Part shown: piece after piece, positions 11,554 through 22,324 of the stretch | Layout: the number at the start of each line of letters is the position of its first letter | Numbering within the stretch: position 1 is the stretch's first letter | Source: an uncultured Spirochaetota bacterium | Lineage (GTDB): Bacteria > Spirochaetota > Spirochaetia > SZUA-6 > Fen-1364 | Assembly: GCA_963734545.1 (NCBI GenBank) | Contig: CAVTHO010000004.1 | Location: 719,974 to 783,973 of the forward strand | DNA length: 64,000 nt | Direction of reading: 5' to 3' | Position numbers and translations under genes: made by a program | Notes under the pieces: model-generated | What the model was told of the DNA's origin: nothing | The model's database searches: none | What the model saw: only the letters and a program-made list of their open reading frames with translations

Positions 11554-13601
11554 GACGACACCTCCTTCTCCGCTGAGGCGGCCCGGCCCTTGCCGCCGCT
11601 CCCCGCGTCCAGGCTGGCCAGACGCTCCGCCGCTTCTGGATCTGCAGTCTTGAGCTGTACCAGTGCGGTCTGGACCGCGTTCGTGTCCCCCAGCTCGTAG
11701 CCGGCCATGGCGATTCCCTGCAGCGCGAACGAGTTGTTCGACGACCTCTTCAAGGCGCGCGTGTAGTAGTCCAGCGCGCCCTGGTTGTCGCCTCTCATGT
11801 AGGCGATATTGCCGAGGTTGACCAGGGCCGAGGGGACTTCCCCGTTCGTGGTCACGATCTTCTCGAACTGCTGGCGGGCTTCGTCGTACCTGCCGAACCT
11901 GGCATAGAGGACGCCAAGCCTGTTCAGAAGCCTGCTGTCTGTCTTCTGCAGCCTCAGATCATCCTGCAGCTTCGAGATGCGCGGCTGGAACGCGGCGGTC
12001 CAGAAGGCCTGCAGCTCGGCTGCGTACGCGGCATAGACGCGCTCGGAGTCCGGCGGGCTGATGTTGACCCTTATAATATCTCCCGTGTTTGCCGGAGAGA
12101 ATTTCTCCCAGGCATCACGGACAGGAATGAAGGCGGCGTTCTGGCCGGCAGAAGCCGAGCGCCATTCCTGCGCGCCTGTCTGCCACGCCCTGAGAAATCC
12201 GTCCCGGACCCGGGTGATCTCCACGGGAATCCAGGTCTCGTTTTCCCTGGTGATCAGGTCCGCCGGGTTCACGAAGGTGGCGGCTGCGGTGCGCGGATCC
12301 AGGTCGAGATTGAACGCCACGTAGATGTGACCGGGAACCGTGATGAACGCGGTCTCGATGCCGGCGGACTCGAGGAGGGCCGCGTACAGGATCGTAAGAT
12401 CGTCACAGTCACCCGCCCGGGTCTCCAGGGTCTGGGCAGGGAATTGCAGGTAGTCCACCGCTTCCTTGTTCTCCACCTTGGAGGCAAAAGTCTTCGGGTC
12501 GGGTATATAAGCGACACCCTGGATTCTCATGGCGGTGAAGAGCGCCATTGCGGCCCGGAATGTGACGTTGATCGCCGCGGTCCCCCTGGACCGGGCGTCG
12601 GGCACGGCCCGCGCAGCGAAGCTGCGGATGTTCATGTCATTCGACGTAATGAACGCGGCGGCCTTGCAGGTGTCATCCCACGTCATGCCGTTCCTGTTGT
12701 GCACGGTCACGGTCACCGGATAGCTGCCCGTCACGTCGTTTCCGAAGTACTTGTAGGCGACGCTGATCTCGCCCGCCACCTTCGTGGCCTCTGTGACCCC
12801 GAAGATGTTGTCCCGAACAAGGGCGAATACGTCGAACGTCTTTTCCTCACCTCGCGCGAGCTCCTTGCAGGTCCAGGTAACCTTGGGCTGGTCCATGAAC
12901 TGCTTGACGAAGAAGCTCACTTTCAGGTCCTGGATCGTCCCCGTGCTGGTGTTCTTGATGGTCGTTGATCCTGCCGGGTTTTTGTCGTAATAGCTGTAAA
13001 ACAGCGGGAAAATCGGCCGAAGGGCGGGCTCGACCTTGAGGTTCGCGGCGCCCCCTCCCGCGCCGATATGATAGCGCACGCCGAAGCTCACCCCGATGCC
13101 CTGGTACAAGGGATCCGTCGGCGTAAAGTTGTACCTGTAGGATGCACCGAGGGCGAGGGTGAGAGAAGGGTTCAGCAGGTAGCTGACGTCAGCCAGGCCC
13201 CCTATGTAGGGGTTGAATACAGTCCCCTCCGCGACCATACCGGCATATTCACCCCCGCAAGCGGCCAGCCGGAGTCCCAGACGCGGAATTGGGAAGTACT
13301 GGACACCGAGCTCCGCCCCGAGCGACAGGAGTGTGACGGATTTGGTAGAAGAGTTGATCGGCACCAGGTCCGCCCCCAGCGCGAGTCCCGAATAGAGAAA
13401 CTGCGCAAAGGACGGCGTGTATTCGCCCTTCACCGACACCCCGCCGCCTATCGAATAATAGGGCGTGCCGTCCGACAATACAGGCCCCAGCGGGATGTTG
13501 ACGGTCGGATACGCTGTCAGGGTGAAATCACTGGTGACCTGCGCCCAGCCCAGGGCGCCCACAAGAACCAGGCCGAGAGCGACGACGCATTTCTGATTCA
13601 T
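11538..13601 (-). CDS. Exported protein: OM beta-barrel-like N-terminus, transglutaminase-like Cys domain, TPR repeats
   Basis: Signal peptide; amphipathic strands ending GIGVSFGVRYHIG; GDCDD...VPGHIYVAF...WIPVE putative catalytic triad; TPRs LNRLGVLYARFGRY and LVNLGNIAY. Confidence 0.8.
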   Translation of the reverse strand: MNQKCVVALGLVLVGALGWAQVTSDFTLTAYPTVNIPLGPVLSDGTPYYSIGGGVSVKGEYTPSFAQFLYSGLALGADLVPINSSTKSVTLLSLGAELGVQYFPIPRLGLRLAACGGEYAGMVAEGTVFNPYIGGLADVSYLLNPSLTLALGASYRYNFTPTDPLYQGIGVSFGVRYHIGAGGGAANLKVEPALRPIFPLFYSYYDKNPAGSTTIKNTSTGTIQDLKVSFFVKQFMDQPKVTWTCKELARGEEKTFDVFALVRDNIFGVTEATKVAGEISVAYKYFGNDVTGSYPVTVTVHNRNGMTWDDTCKAAAFITSNDMNIRSFAARAVPDARSRGTAAINVTFRAAMALFTAMRIQGVAYIPDPKTFASKVENKEAVDYLQFPAQTLETRAGDCDDLTILYAALLESAGIETAFITVPGHIYVAFNLDLDPRTAAATFVNPADLITRENETWIPVEITRVRDGFLRAWQTGAQEWRSASAGQNAAFIPVRDAWEKFSPANTGDIIRVNISPPDSERVYAAYAAELQAFWTAAFQPRISKLQDDLRLQKTDSRLLNRLGVLYARFGRYDEARQQFEKIVTTNGEVPSALVNLGNIAYMRGDNQGALDYYTRALKRSSNNSFALQGIAMAGYELGDTNAVQTALVQLKTADPEAAERLASLDAGSGGKGRAASAEKEVSSWNEE

Positions 13602-13702
13602 GGGACCTTCCCCTTTTAATCAACATTCCTGCATGCCCGCACATCTTATGGAGTCACTCATAATTATACACCCCGTGGCAAGTTTTTCTCAACCCGCGCC
13701 TG

Positions 13703-13770
13703 CGCCGAGTTTGGCGGCGCACGAATCCGCCGAATACGGCGGCGCAGGAATCCCCCGAATACGGCGGCGC
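13703..13770. repeat. About 3 tandem copies of a 25-bp hairpin unit (CGCCGAATACGGCGGCGCAGGAATC)
   Basis: Units start at 13703, 13728 and 13753; core hairpin CCG-AATA-CGG. Confidence 0.8.
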
Positions 13771-13788
13771 GCATCGCGTGCCGATGTC

Positions 13789-13851
13789 TTGACAACCGTC
13801 CCCGGCTGGTATAGAATTCGACCATTAGACCATATTGGTCGAATGGTCGAA
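13789..13851 (+). promoter_or_regulatory. Sigma70 promoter with overlapping palindromic TetR operator
   Basis: TTGACA (13789), 17 bp, TAGAAT (13812); inverted repeat TTCGACCATT-A-GACCA-TAT-TGGTC-G-AATGGTCGAA at 13817-13851; GGAGG RBS follows. Confidence 0.85.
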
Positions 13852-13868
13852 ACCGGAGGTCGGTGCAC

Positions 13869-14456
13869 ATGCACGAGGTCGCGCACAAGGATTACCGCAA
13901 GCAGATCCTTCAGACGGCGGGGAATGTCATCCGCCAGTTCGGATTCGAAAAAACCACGATGAGCGACATCGCGAGGGCTCTTCGCAAGGGAAAGAGCTCG
14001 CTGTACCACTATTTCTCGAACAAGGACCAGATCTTCGAGGAGGTGCTGCGGAGCGAGATCGACGAGCTGAAGGTGGAGTTCATGAGGGTCATCGAAGCGG
14101 AGCCGACACCGGAGAGCAAGATACGCGCATATGTGCTCAACCGCATGGACATGTTCCGCAAGCTGGCCCGGCGGCACATGTCATTCATCGAAGGCACGGC
14201 GGAACGCTACGACCTGCTCCTGAAGATCCACGAGGAGTACGACCATGAAGAGATAAGGATCATGGCGGAGATCTTCACGCGCGGCGTCGCGGAGGGGCAT
14301 TTCACGATCAAGGACATCCCGGCCACTGCCGCTACCTTCGTGACCGCCCTCAAGGCATTCGAGTATCCCTTCTCAAAAGTGGCAAACGCCGCCCGAACGG
14401 CAAGAGAGCTGGATTCCCTGCTGGAAATACTGTTCAGCGGAATATTGGCCCGTTGA
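13869..14456 (+). CDS. TetR/AcrR family transcriptional regulator
   Basis: GFEKTTMSDIA...KSSLYHYFSNKDQIF helix-turn-helix. Confidence 0.95.
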   Translation: MHEVAHKDYRKQILQTAGNVIRQFGFEKTTMSDIARALRKGKSSLYHYFSNKDQIFEEVLRSEIDELKVEFMRVIEAEPTPESKIRAYVLNRMDMFRKLARRHMSFIEGTAERYDLLLKIHEEYDHEEIRIMAEIFTRGVAEGHFTIKDIPATAATFVTALKAFEYPFSKVANAARTARELDSLLEILFSGILAR

Positions 14457-14459
14457 TAT

Positions 14460-17150
14460 ATGAAGAAACTCACCGGGCTGGTCTTCAGATACCGTCTCCC
14501 CATCATTGCCGTCTTTGCCGCGGTCACGCTTTTCTTTGGCTATTGGATCAGGGAGATACGGATCAACAGCGACGTGACGAGCTACCTTCCCGGGGAAGAT
14601 CCGGCGGTCGCGCTGTACAACCGGATGGACGAGAGGTTCGGGGGAAATGATCTCGTCATGACCGCGGTCACGGCGCCAGACATCTTCACGGTGCAGGCCC
14701 TCCGGGACATCGCCGCGCTTACGGACGCATTCGGCCGGCTCACCGGGGTGACCTCCGTGACCAGCCTGTCCAACGTGATGGACATACGCAAGGGAGCAGA
14801 CGGCAGCATCGAGATCGGGAAGCTCATTGACGCGGATGATCTGCCTGCCACGGACGGCCGGCTCCACGCGCTTCGCAATGACGTCATGGGCAGGGAGAGG
14901 TACCGGGGCAGCCTCGTGTCCATGGACGCCACGTCCACCCTCATCGTCTGTCAGCTCGCGCGCGGCGCGGACAGAAGCGCCGTGGTGCGCGCCATGCAGG
15001 CCTCGGCCCGCTCCTCCGGCGTGCAGGAAAAACTCTACTTCGGGGGGGTGCCGGTTCTCGTGGCTGAGCTCAGCACGATCATGTTCCACGACCTTGTTCT
15101 GCTCATCCCCATCGTGCTGCTCCTGATCATCCTGACCCTGTATGTCAGCTTTGGCACAGTCCGCGGAGTGCTGGTCCCCCTGGTCTCCGTCATCATCAGC
15201 ACGGTCTGGGTGCTGGGTCTCATGGGTCTTTTCCGGGTGCCGCTGACACTCGTCTCAGACATCATTCCCGCGCTTCTTCTGGCCATCGGAACAGCCCCCT
15301 GCATTCACATCCTGAGCAAGTACGACGAAGACGTGACACTGTACGGCAGCAGCGGTGAGAAGTCCCAGGCTGCCTTCAGGGAGGTGGGCATCCGGGTCAT
15401 CCTCGCTGCGCTCACGATCGTCCTCGGGTTTTCCTCCTTCATCATGGGGTCCTACCTCACCGCCATCCGGGATTTCGGCATCTTCTCTTCGATCGGGGTG
15501 TGCTTCTCCCTGATCGTCTCCGTCGTTTTCGTTCCCGCGCTGCTGGCCACCCTCACCGTCAGGCCGAAGCGCGTCAACCCGGAAAGGACCGCGCGGCTCC
15601 GGCGAGCGGGAGCACCGCCCATCGCCAGGGCAATGAGCGCCTGGGGGGACATGGTGGTCCGGCACAGAAAGGCCATCCTCATAGCAGGCGCCATCGTTCT
15701 GATCGCGGGCGCCGCGGGAATCCCGCTGATCCAGCAGAAGGCGGATTTCGCCTTCTTCCTCCCCCCGTCAAACGGCGTGCGGTTGACCGAGAATCTTCTC
15801 CAGAATGATTTCGGAGGCTCCCGGCCGCTCCAGATACATTTTTCCGGTGATATGCAGAATCCGTTCGTGCTCAAGGAGATGCTCCGGCTCGAGCGTTTTC
15901 TCGAAGGCCGGGGGCTTGCCCGCAACCCGATCTCCGTGGCGGACCTGATTGCAGAGATGAATGACATCATGGAAAACCGCAAGACCGTCCCGGACAGCCA
16001 GGAGAAAGTAGCGAACCTCATGTTCCTGCTCGAAGGACAGGACCTCGTGACCCGGATGCTGAGTGATGACAAGAGCGAGGCCCAGGTCCAGGCGATGACG
16101 GGATCGCTGGGTGTCACGGAGCTTCAGCGGACGGTGGATTTGCTGGACAGCTACATCCGCAATCTGGACACGAAGCTCGTGGCGGTGAGCGTGGATGAGC
16201 TCCCCCCGCAGGATCAAGCCATCGTCCTGAACTACCGCATCCAGCGCGGACTCGAGATGCTGCGCTGGATGGCGGGCAAACGCATGCCGGATCTTGCTCT
16301 CGACGATTCAATGCTTCCAGAAACGCTCTCATCGGCGCTGCGTGACGCCGGCCGGACGAAAGAACACGACCAGGCGCTCCTGCGCGTGCTCTCTCTTTTC
16401 CCGAAGGAGCTGCAGGCCGATCAGTCATTCCGCGAGGATGTGGCGCGTGAGCTCGACGAGTTGTCTCGAGACAGCACTGCCGTGCCGGAGGCAATCTACA
16501 CGAGCCTGTCCGCTGCATCCGGCGCCGTTCCGCAGATCATCCAGTTCAAGGTGAGCTGGACGGGGATGCCTCTCATCTCCTGGCACCTGGACAAGAGCAT
16601 CATCAAGAGCCAGGCAGAGAGCCTGGTGATCGCCCTGATCTTCATTTTCCTGCTCCTGGCAGTCAGGCTCAGATCCTGGATCGGCGGGCTCATCGGTCTG
16701 GTTCCCATTGTCCTGGCCATCGTCCTGATGTTCGGCATCATGGGATTTGCCGGCATCCCGATCAATGTGGCCACCGTTCTTGTCGGCGCCATCGCGCTGG
16801 GTATCGGAATAGACTACGTCATCCATTTCAGCATCCGGTTCACCACCTATTACCGCGGCCCCGGGACGGCGGCATTCGCGGTCAAGCGGACGATGCAGAC
16901 CACCGGTCGGGCCATCATCATCAACGTGATGGCCGTCACCATGGGTTTCATCACACTGATTTTCGCTCACCTGCTGCCCCTGCAGCAGTTCGGGATACTC
17001 ACCGCTATCGCCATGCTGGGCAGCGGGCTGGGCGCGCTCACCCTGCTGCCGGCGCTCATTCTGCTGGTGCCGTCGGCGTTCGCGGGCCGCACACCGGGAA
17101 AGAAAAGCGCGCGTACGGGCATCGCCCCCCGGAAGGAGATTACCTCATGA
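14460..17150 (+). CDS. MMPL/RND family transporter
   Basis: Two RND repeats (1+5 TM), large soluble loops, GIGIDYVIHF motif. Confidence 0.92.
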   Translation: MKKLTGLVFRYRLPIIAVFAAVTLFFGYWIREIRINSDVTSYLPGEDPAVALYNRMDERFGGNDLVMTAVTAPDIFTVQALRDIAALTDAFGRLTGVTSVTSLSNVMDIRKGADGSIEIGKLIDADDLPATDGRLHALRNDVMGRERYRGSLVSMDATSTLIVCQLARGADRSAVVRAMQASARSSGVQEKLYFGGVPVLVAELSTIMFHDLVLLIPIVLLLIILTLYVSFGTVRGVLVPLVSVIISTVWVLGLMGLFRVPLTLVSDIIPALLLAIGTAPCIHILSKYDEDVTLYGSSGEKSQAAFREVGIRVILAALTIVLGFSSFIMGSYLTAIRDFGIFSSIGVCFSLIVSVVFVPALLATLTVRPKRVNPERTARLRRAGAPPIARAMSAWGDMVVRHRKAILIAGAIVLIAGAAGIPLIQQKADFAFFLPPSNGVRLTENLLQNDFGGSRPLQIHFSGDMQNPFVLKEMLRLERFLEGRGLARNPISVADLIAEMNDIMENRKTVPDSQEKVANLMFLLEGQDLVTRMLSDDKSEAQVQAMTGSLGVTELQRTVDLLDSYIRNLDTKLVAVSVDELPPQDQAIVLNYRIQRGLEMLRWMAGKRMPDLALDDSMLPETLSSALRDAGRTKEHDQALLRVLSLFPKELQADQSFREDVARELDELSRDSTAVPEAIYTSLSAASGAVPQIIQFKVSWTGMPLISWHLDKSIIKSQAESLVIALIFIFLLLAVRLRSWIGGLIGLVPIVLAIVLMFGIMGFAGIPINVATVLVGAIALGIGIDYVIHFSIRFTTYYRGPGTAAFAVKRTMQTTGRAIIINVMAVTMGFITLIFAHLLPLQQFGILTAIAMLGSGLGALTLLPALILLVPSAFAGRTPGKKSARTGIAPRKEITS

Positions 17151-17902
17151 AAAGTTTCATCGTCATGGCCGCCGCATGCCTTCTCATCTTCGGGACGTCC
17201 TTTTCGGCATACGCCCAGGAGGACGATCTCTCCGCCCGGGACATTCTCAACAAGGCGGATGATGTGATGAATGGCGCCCGGGATCAGAAATACACGATGA
17301 AAATCGTCCTGATCGACAAGGCGGGAAACGAGAAATCCCGGGAGCTCGTCATGCTCCAGAAGGGACGGGACAAGCGTCTGGCCCGGTTCCTCACACCCGC
17401 TGATCAGCGCGGCATCGCGTTCCTCTCCCTGCCGGGAGACGTGCAGTACCTGTACCTGCCGGCCTTCGGCAAAGTGCGCCGAATCGCGTCGCACGTGAAA
17501 AATACGAGCTTTGCCGGCACGGACTTCACGTATGAGGACATGGAGGCGGTCCGGCTGGCGGATAAGTGGGAGCCGAAGATCCTCAGGCAGGAGCAGGATC
17601 AGACGGTGCTGGAAATGTCACCCCGACCGGGCAAAGCCACTGACTATTCCAAGGTCATCCTGTGGGTGCGCAACGACAACTTCTACCCGGTCCGGGCGGA
17701 GAATTACGGCAAGGACGGGGCCCTCCTCAAGATCCTCGTGCGCGAAAAGCTGCAGCAAGTCAAAGGCTACTGGACATCGATGGAAACGACCATGGAAGAC
17801 GTCCGGAAACAGCACAAGACCCGGATGCTGGTTTCAGACATGGCGTTCGACACGGGCGTTGCGGACGCGAAGTTCACCGAGCGCGCCCTCAGCCAGCAAT
17901 AA
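17147..17902 (+). CDS. Outer-membrane lipoprotein-sorting (LolA-like) protein
   Basis: Signal peptide; FLTPADQRGIAFL, YLYLPAFGKVRRIAS and SFAGTDFTYED motifs. Confidence 0.88.
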   Translation: MKSFIVMAAACLLIFGTSFSAYAQEDDLSARDILNKADDVMNGARDQKYTMKIVLIDKAGNEKSRELVMLQKGRDKRLARFLTPADQRGIAFLSLPGDVQYLYLPAFGKVRRIASHVKNTSFAGTDFTYEDMEAVRLADKWEPKILRQEQDQTVLEMSPRPGKATDYSKVILWVRNDNFYPVRAENYGKDGALLKILVREKLQQVKGYWTSMETTMEDVRKQHKTRMLVSDMAFDTGVADAKFTERALSQQ

Positions 17903-17914
17903 GGAGAAATCGTC

Positions 17915-19339
17915 ATGAAGAAGGTCATCCTCGTCCTGGCAATGGCCGCGGGCATGGTCCTCTCGCAGGGGCTCGTCGCGGAAGAAGCGCCTGGTTCAAC
18001 GGTCGTCACGGGATCCTCCGAGCTCGGCGGACCGGCCGCGGGGAACCCGGCCGGCGGAATCCGGATCGGCGGCCAGGTCAGGACCGATGACCGGGTATCC
18101 GCCGAATCGACGCCTCGGATGAACTACCAGGAATATCGGCTGGATCTGACGACAGAGGCCCGGCCGACCGACAACGCGCGTTTTTTTGCGGATGCATGGG
18201 TGAGGTCCTCCGGCGTGTTGTCGAACGTGTCCTCGTCCGCGGACCTGTTCAACATGGGGAGCGTGTCGCCCCTGAACCTTGTGTTGCGGGAGGCATACTT
18301 CGAGATCAATGGATTCGTCTTCGACAACGTCGACCTCAAGATCGGCCGGCAGCGCATTGCGTGGGGCACGGCGGACAAGCTGAATCCCACGGACAACGTC
18401 AATCCCTACGACCTGGAGGATGTCTGGGACTTCGGAAGACGGCTGGGGTCGGACGGCGTCCAGCTCTCCGTCTATGCGGGTGACCTCAGGTTCACGGGGA
18501 TCGTCATTCCGGTCTTCACGCCTGCCGTGCTGCCGGCAGGAGAGTGGGCAACGGCGCTGATGCCCGCCTCCATGCAATTGCCGCCGGGACTCACCGTAGC
18601 GGCCACGACTGCCGATGTATCGCTCCCCGCCGTCTCTCTGGCGGACAGCATCACTGCCGGCATCAAGGTAAAAGGCAGCATCCTCGGCTACGATGTGTCA
18701 CTCAGCTACCTTTACGCCCGGGACAGCCTCCCGATCGTAGACAGCGTTGTGGTCACTCCCACCGCGGTGCCCGGCACCGTGGACGTGAGCACGAATCTCT
18801 TCTACCCTCGGGAGCACGTCTTCGGCGCAGACATGGCCGGATCCATTCTCAGCGTGGGCGTGTGGGCAGAGGCGGCCCTGTTTCTTCCCGAAAAAGTGAT
18901 GCTCACGACCGATACCACCGCACTCGGCGGGGGCGCCCAGGAATCGGTTGCGCTCGACAGCTCTCCGTACGTGAAGCTCGTTCTCGGAGGTGACTACACG
19001 TTCCCCGGCAATGTGTACCTCAACGTGCAATACGCTCACGGCTTCTTTCAGGAGCGGGGCGCCGACAACCTCGAAGATTACTTCGTGTTCGGACTCGACT
19101 GGAAGCTGTTCGACGACAAGCTCAAGATTTCTCCGCTCGGAGTGGTCGTGGAGATCAAGGACTGGAGCGACCTGCCGCACAACTACGCGATCCTTGCCGC
19201 GCCGTCCCTCACGATCCTCCCGATCGACAATGCCGAGCTGATCGTGGGGCTCCACCTGATCCAGGGGACCGCGACCACGACATTCGGAAAGCTCAACAAC
19301 AGCAACGAGGTCTTTCTCCAGGCGAAGTACAGCTTCTAG
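17915..19339 (+). CDS. Outer-membrane beta-barrel protein (DUF1302-like)
   Basis: Signal peptide; LREAY, LKIGRQRIAWGTADKLNPTD; C-terminal AKYSF. Confidence 0.8.
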   Translation: MKKVILVLAMAAGMVLSQGLVAEEAPGSTVVTGSSELGGPAAGNPAGGIRIGGQVRTDDRVSAESTPRMNYQEYRLDLTTEARPTDNARFFADAWVRSSGVLSNVSSSADLFNMGSVSPLNLVLREAYFEINGFVFDNVDLKIGRQRIAWGTADKLNPTDNVNPYDLEDVWDFGRRLGSDGVQLSVYAGDLRFTGIVIPVFTPAVLPAGEWATALMPASMQLPPGLTVAATTADVSLPAVSLADSITAGIKVKGSILGYDVSLSYLYARDSLPIVDSVVVTPTAVPGTVDVSTNLFYPREHVFGADMAGSILSVGVWAEAALFLPEKVMLTTDTTALGGGAQESVALDSSPYVKLVLGGDYTFPGNVYLNVQYAHGFFQERGADNLEDYFVFGLDWKLFDDKLKISPLGVVVEIKDWSDLPHNYAILAAPSLTILPIDNAELIVGLHLIQGTATTTFGKLNNSNEVFLQAKYSF

Positions 19340-21465
19340 GTTGCCCCGCCGGTCTGGATATTCACCACGGTGGGGATGGTGCGCAGGCTCTTCATCACCC
19401 GGCCGAAATCCTCCCGGTTGTCCAGCTCGACGGTGAAGAACCCGCGGAGCACCTCGTGGTTGCTCTCCTCCAGCTTGCCCTCGATCAGGTGGCCGCCGAA
19501 CTTCTTCAGCGCACCCTCGATCTCGGAGAACAGGTTGGATGTCAGGCGCGCCGTGACCTGGAAGCGGCGGGTCGATTTGGGTGAGACGGTCTCCCACTCC
19601 ACGTCCATGCTGCGCTCGGCGAAGTCCTTGATGGAGGCGATGCTGGGACAGCCGATCCTGTGCACGGTGATGCCCCTGCCGCGCGAGATGTAGCCCACGA
19701 TCGAGTCGCCGGTGGACGGCGTGCAGCACTGCGCGATGCGGATCATGATGTTGCGTTCCTGGCCGATCCTGATGGACACCTTGGAGGGATCGCGGATCTG
19801 CGTCTCCGGCTCGGCGGGCTCCCCCTCCTTCGGCTTCTGATACACGATGGCCCGGGGAGCTTCCTCCTTCTTGCGGGCCACGATGTTGCGGTCGAAGATC
19901 AGGCCCGGATCGTTCTGCGCCAGCCAATGCTTGACCTTGGAGCGCGCCTTGGAGGTCTTCACGTAGCGCAGCCAGTCAAGGTGCGGGTGCGCGGTCTGGG
20001 AGGTCATCACCTCCACCACCTGCGTGTTCTTCAGGGGCTCCTTCAGCGGGATGATGGCCCCGTCCGCCTTTGCCCCGGTGCAGCGGTCGCCGATGTCGGT
20101 GTGGATGTGGTAGGCGAAGTCGATGGCAGTGGAACCGGCGGGCAGCTCCACGACGTCCCCCTTCGGGGTGAAGACGTAGATGGAGTCCCGCAGGAGCTCC
20201 TTTCGTATCTCGTCCAGGAAGTCTCCCGAGGCCGCCCCTGCGCCCTGCCATTCACGCAGCTTGTTTATAACGGAGAGCTCCTTGGTCTTTTCCTCTTCCT
20301 TGAGAGCGCCGCTCTTGTACAGCCAGTGCGCCGCGATCCCGTTCTCCGCGGTCTGGTGCATTGCCTGGGTGCGGATCTGGATCTCGATGATCTTTCCCGC
20401 GTAGCCCATGACGGTAGTGTGCAGGCTCTGGTAGCGGTTGGACTTGGGCATGGCGATGTAGTCCTTGAACCTGCCCTCGATGGGCATCCACAGCTTGTGC
20501 ACCAGGCCGAGCAGCTCGTAGCACTGGCTGGTGGTCTCCACGAGCACCCGAAGACCAAGGAGGTCGAAGATCTCCTCCAGAGGCTTCCCGCGCCGGCGCA
20601 TCTTCAGGTAGATCGAATAGAAATGCTTGGCCCGTGTCTCGATCTCTATGGGGATCCCGGCCGCCGCCGCCTCCCGCGTGATGGCCGCCTTCACGCGCTC
20701 CAGGTAGCTGGCGCGCTCGATCTTGCGGTCCGCCACGAATTGCCGGATCTGCTCGTACACGGCAGGCTGGATGTGCTTGAGGCTGAGATCCTCCAGCTCA
20801 TCCTTGATGCGCGAGATTCCCAGCCGGCCCGCCAGCGGCGCGTAGATATCCAGCGTTTCCATGGCAATGCGCTTACGGTCCTCTTCCTCGAGATAGTGGA
20901 GGGTGCGCATGTTGTGCAGCTTGTCCGCCAGCTTGATGAGGATGACGCGGACGTCCTTCACCATGGCAAAGAGCATCTTGCGGATGGTCTCGGCGTGCTG
21001 CAGGGAACGGGACCTTCCGCGCAGCACGGAGATCTTCGTGACCCCCTGCACGAGGCTCTCCACCTCCCTGCCGAACTCCTTGCGCAGGGCCGCCTTGCTG
21101 GTCTCCGTGTCCTCCAGCACATCGTGCAGGAGCGCGGCAATGACTCCCTGGGAGTCCATGTGGATGTCCACGAGAATCGAGGCGACGCTCAGCGGGTGGA
21201 TGAAGAACGGGTCCCCGGACGCCCGCTTCTGCTCCCCGTGCAGGCGCCGGGCCCAGTCCGCGGCGGAAAGGATCTTGTCGCGCTCCTCCACCGTGTAGAC
21301 GGCGAGCTTTTCCTTGAAGTATGTGAGAAGCTCCGCTACCTCGTTCGCGGCAATGGCGACAGGGATGGCGGCGCGATCGGGCGCGGGGTCTGCCGCGGGG
21401 CGGTCCGGTTCACCCGTGCGTGTACTCACGCGAGGCGCGTACTCAGCCATGGGGGTGCTCACCAT
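19336..21465 (-). CDS. relA: Bifunctional (p)ppGpp synthetase/hydrolase (RelA/SpoT)
   Basis: [47 protein letters not shown] (YVFTPKGD) and CCTP motifs, C-terminal ACT. Confidence 0.96.
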   Translation of the reverse strand: MVSTPMAEYAPRVSTRTGEPDRPAADPAPDRAAIPVAIAANEVAELLTYFKEKLAVYTVEERDKILSAADWARRLHGEQKRASGDPFFIHPLSVASILVDIHMDSQGVIAALLHDVLEDTETSKAALRKEFGREVESLVQGVTKISVLRGRSRSLQHAETIRKMLFAMVKDVRVILIKLADKLHNMRTLHYLEEEDRKRIAMETLDIYAPLAGRLGISRIKDELEDLSLKHIQPAVYEQIRQFVADRKIERASYLERVKAAITREAAAAGIPIEIETRAKHFYSIYLKMRRRGKPLEEIFDLLGLRVLVETTSQCYELLGLVHKLWMPIEGRFKDYIAMPKSNRYQSLHTTVMGYAGKIIEIQIRTQAMHQTAENGIAAHWLYKSGALKEEEKTKELSVINKLREWQGAGAASGDFLDEIRKELLRDSIYVFTPKGDVVELPAGSTAIDFAYHIHTDIGDRCTGAKADGAIIPLKEPLKNTQVVEVMTSQTAHPHLDWLRYVKTSKARSKVKHWLAQNDPGLIFDRNIVARKKEEAPRAIVYQKPKEGEPAEPETQIRDPSKVSIRIGQERNIMIRIAQCCTPSTGDSIVGYISRGRGITVHRIGCPSIASIKDFAERSMDVEWETVSPKSTRRFQVTARLTSNLFSEIEGALKKFGGHLIEGKLEESNHEVLRGFFTVELDNREDFGRVMKSLRTIPTVVNIQTGGAT

Positions 21466-22324
21466 GCGGGTATGCCTGCGTGACGGGGTCCAGCCTTCCG
21501 GCCAGCACCCTGTCGCTTCCCGCGAGATCCTTTTCCACGTCGATGCTGTGAAACCCCGCCTGGTCCATCAGCGCGTAGAGCTTGTTGAACTGGGACGGCG
21601 CCGCCTCGAGGACCAGCCATCCGCCCGGCACGAGCTTTCCCGGCGCCGAGCGGATGAGCTTCTCCGCGAGGACCGTTCCGTCGGCGCCGCCGCGAAGGGC
21701 CAGCTCCGGCTCGGGCCAGCCGAGCTTCCGCATGTCCGCCACCTCATCGTCGCGCAGGTAGGGAGGATTGGAGGTGATCACTTCAAAAGGCCCGGGCACC
21801 CCTTCCAGCAGGTCGGAGCGGAATGAAGGAAGCCCCCGGCCGAGGAGCCGCTCCGCGTTCATGCCCGCCACTTCCAGCGCCGGCGGGGAGATGTCGGACG
21901 CGCTCACCTCCAGCACGGGCAGGGTCCGCTGCAGCGCAATGCCGATGCACCCCGAACCGGTGCACGTGTCGTGCACCCGGCGCAGCCGCGGGTCCCCGCG
22001 CACGAGCCGCAGCACTTTCTCCACGAGCACCTCGGTGTCGGGCCGCGGCACCAGCACGCGCTCGTCCACGAAAAAATCCAGGCCGTAGAACTCCTTGACG
22101 TGACGGATGTAGGAGACCGGGGTGCCCGCGCAGCGCTTGTCCACGAGCGCGCGGTAGCGTTCTTCCTCCTGCGGGCTCACGGAGTCCGGGAGCGACGCCA
22201 GGAGGTGCTCCTTGTCCGTGCCCCGCGCGTGGGCAAGCAGCACAAGGGCGTCCAGGAGCGGCGTGTCCACTTCCGCGAAGAAAAGCGTGTCATAGCCCTG
22301 CGTGAGCAGGGACCGGACGGTCAT
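21443..22324 (-). CDS. prmC: Release factor glutamine methyltransferase
   Basis: [18 protein letters not shown] and SNPPY; immediately follows prfA (ATGA overlap). Confidence 0.93.
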   Translation of the reverse strand: MTVRSLLTQGYDTLFFAEVDTPLLDALVLLAHARGTDKEHLLASLPDSVSPQEEERYRALVDKRCAGTPVSYIRHVKEFYGLDFFVDERVLVPRPDTEVLVEKVLRLVRGDPRLRRVHDTCTGSGCIGIALQRTLPVLEVSASDISPPALEVAGMNAERLLGRGLPSFRSDLLEGVPGPFEVITSNPPYLRDDEVADMRKLGWPEPELALRGGADGTVLAEKLIRSAPGKLVPGGWLVLEAAPSQFNKLYALMDQAGFHSIDVEKDLAGSDRVLAGRLDPVTQAYPHGEHPHG

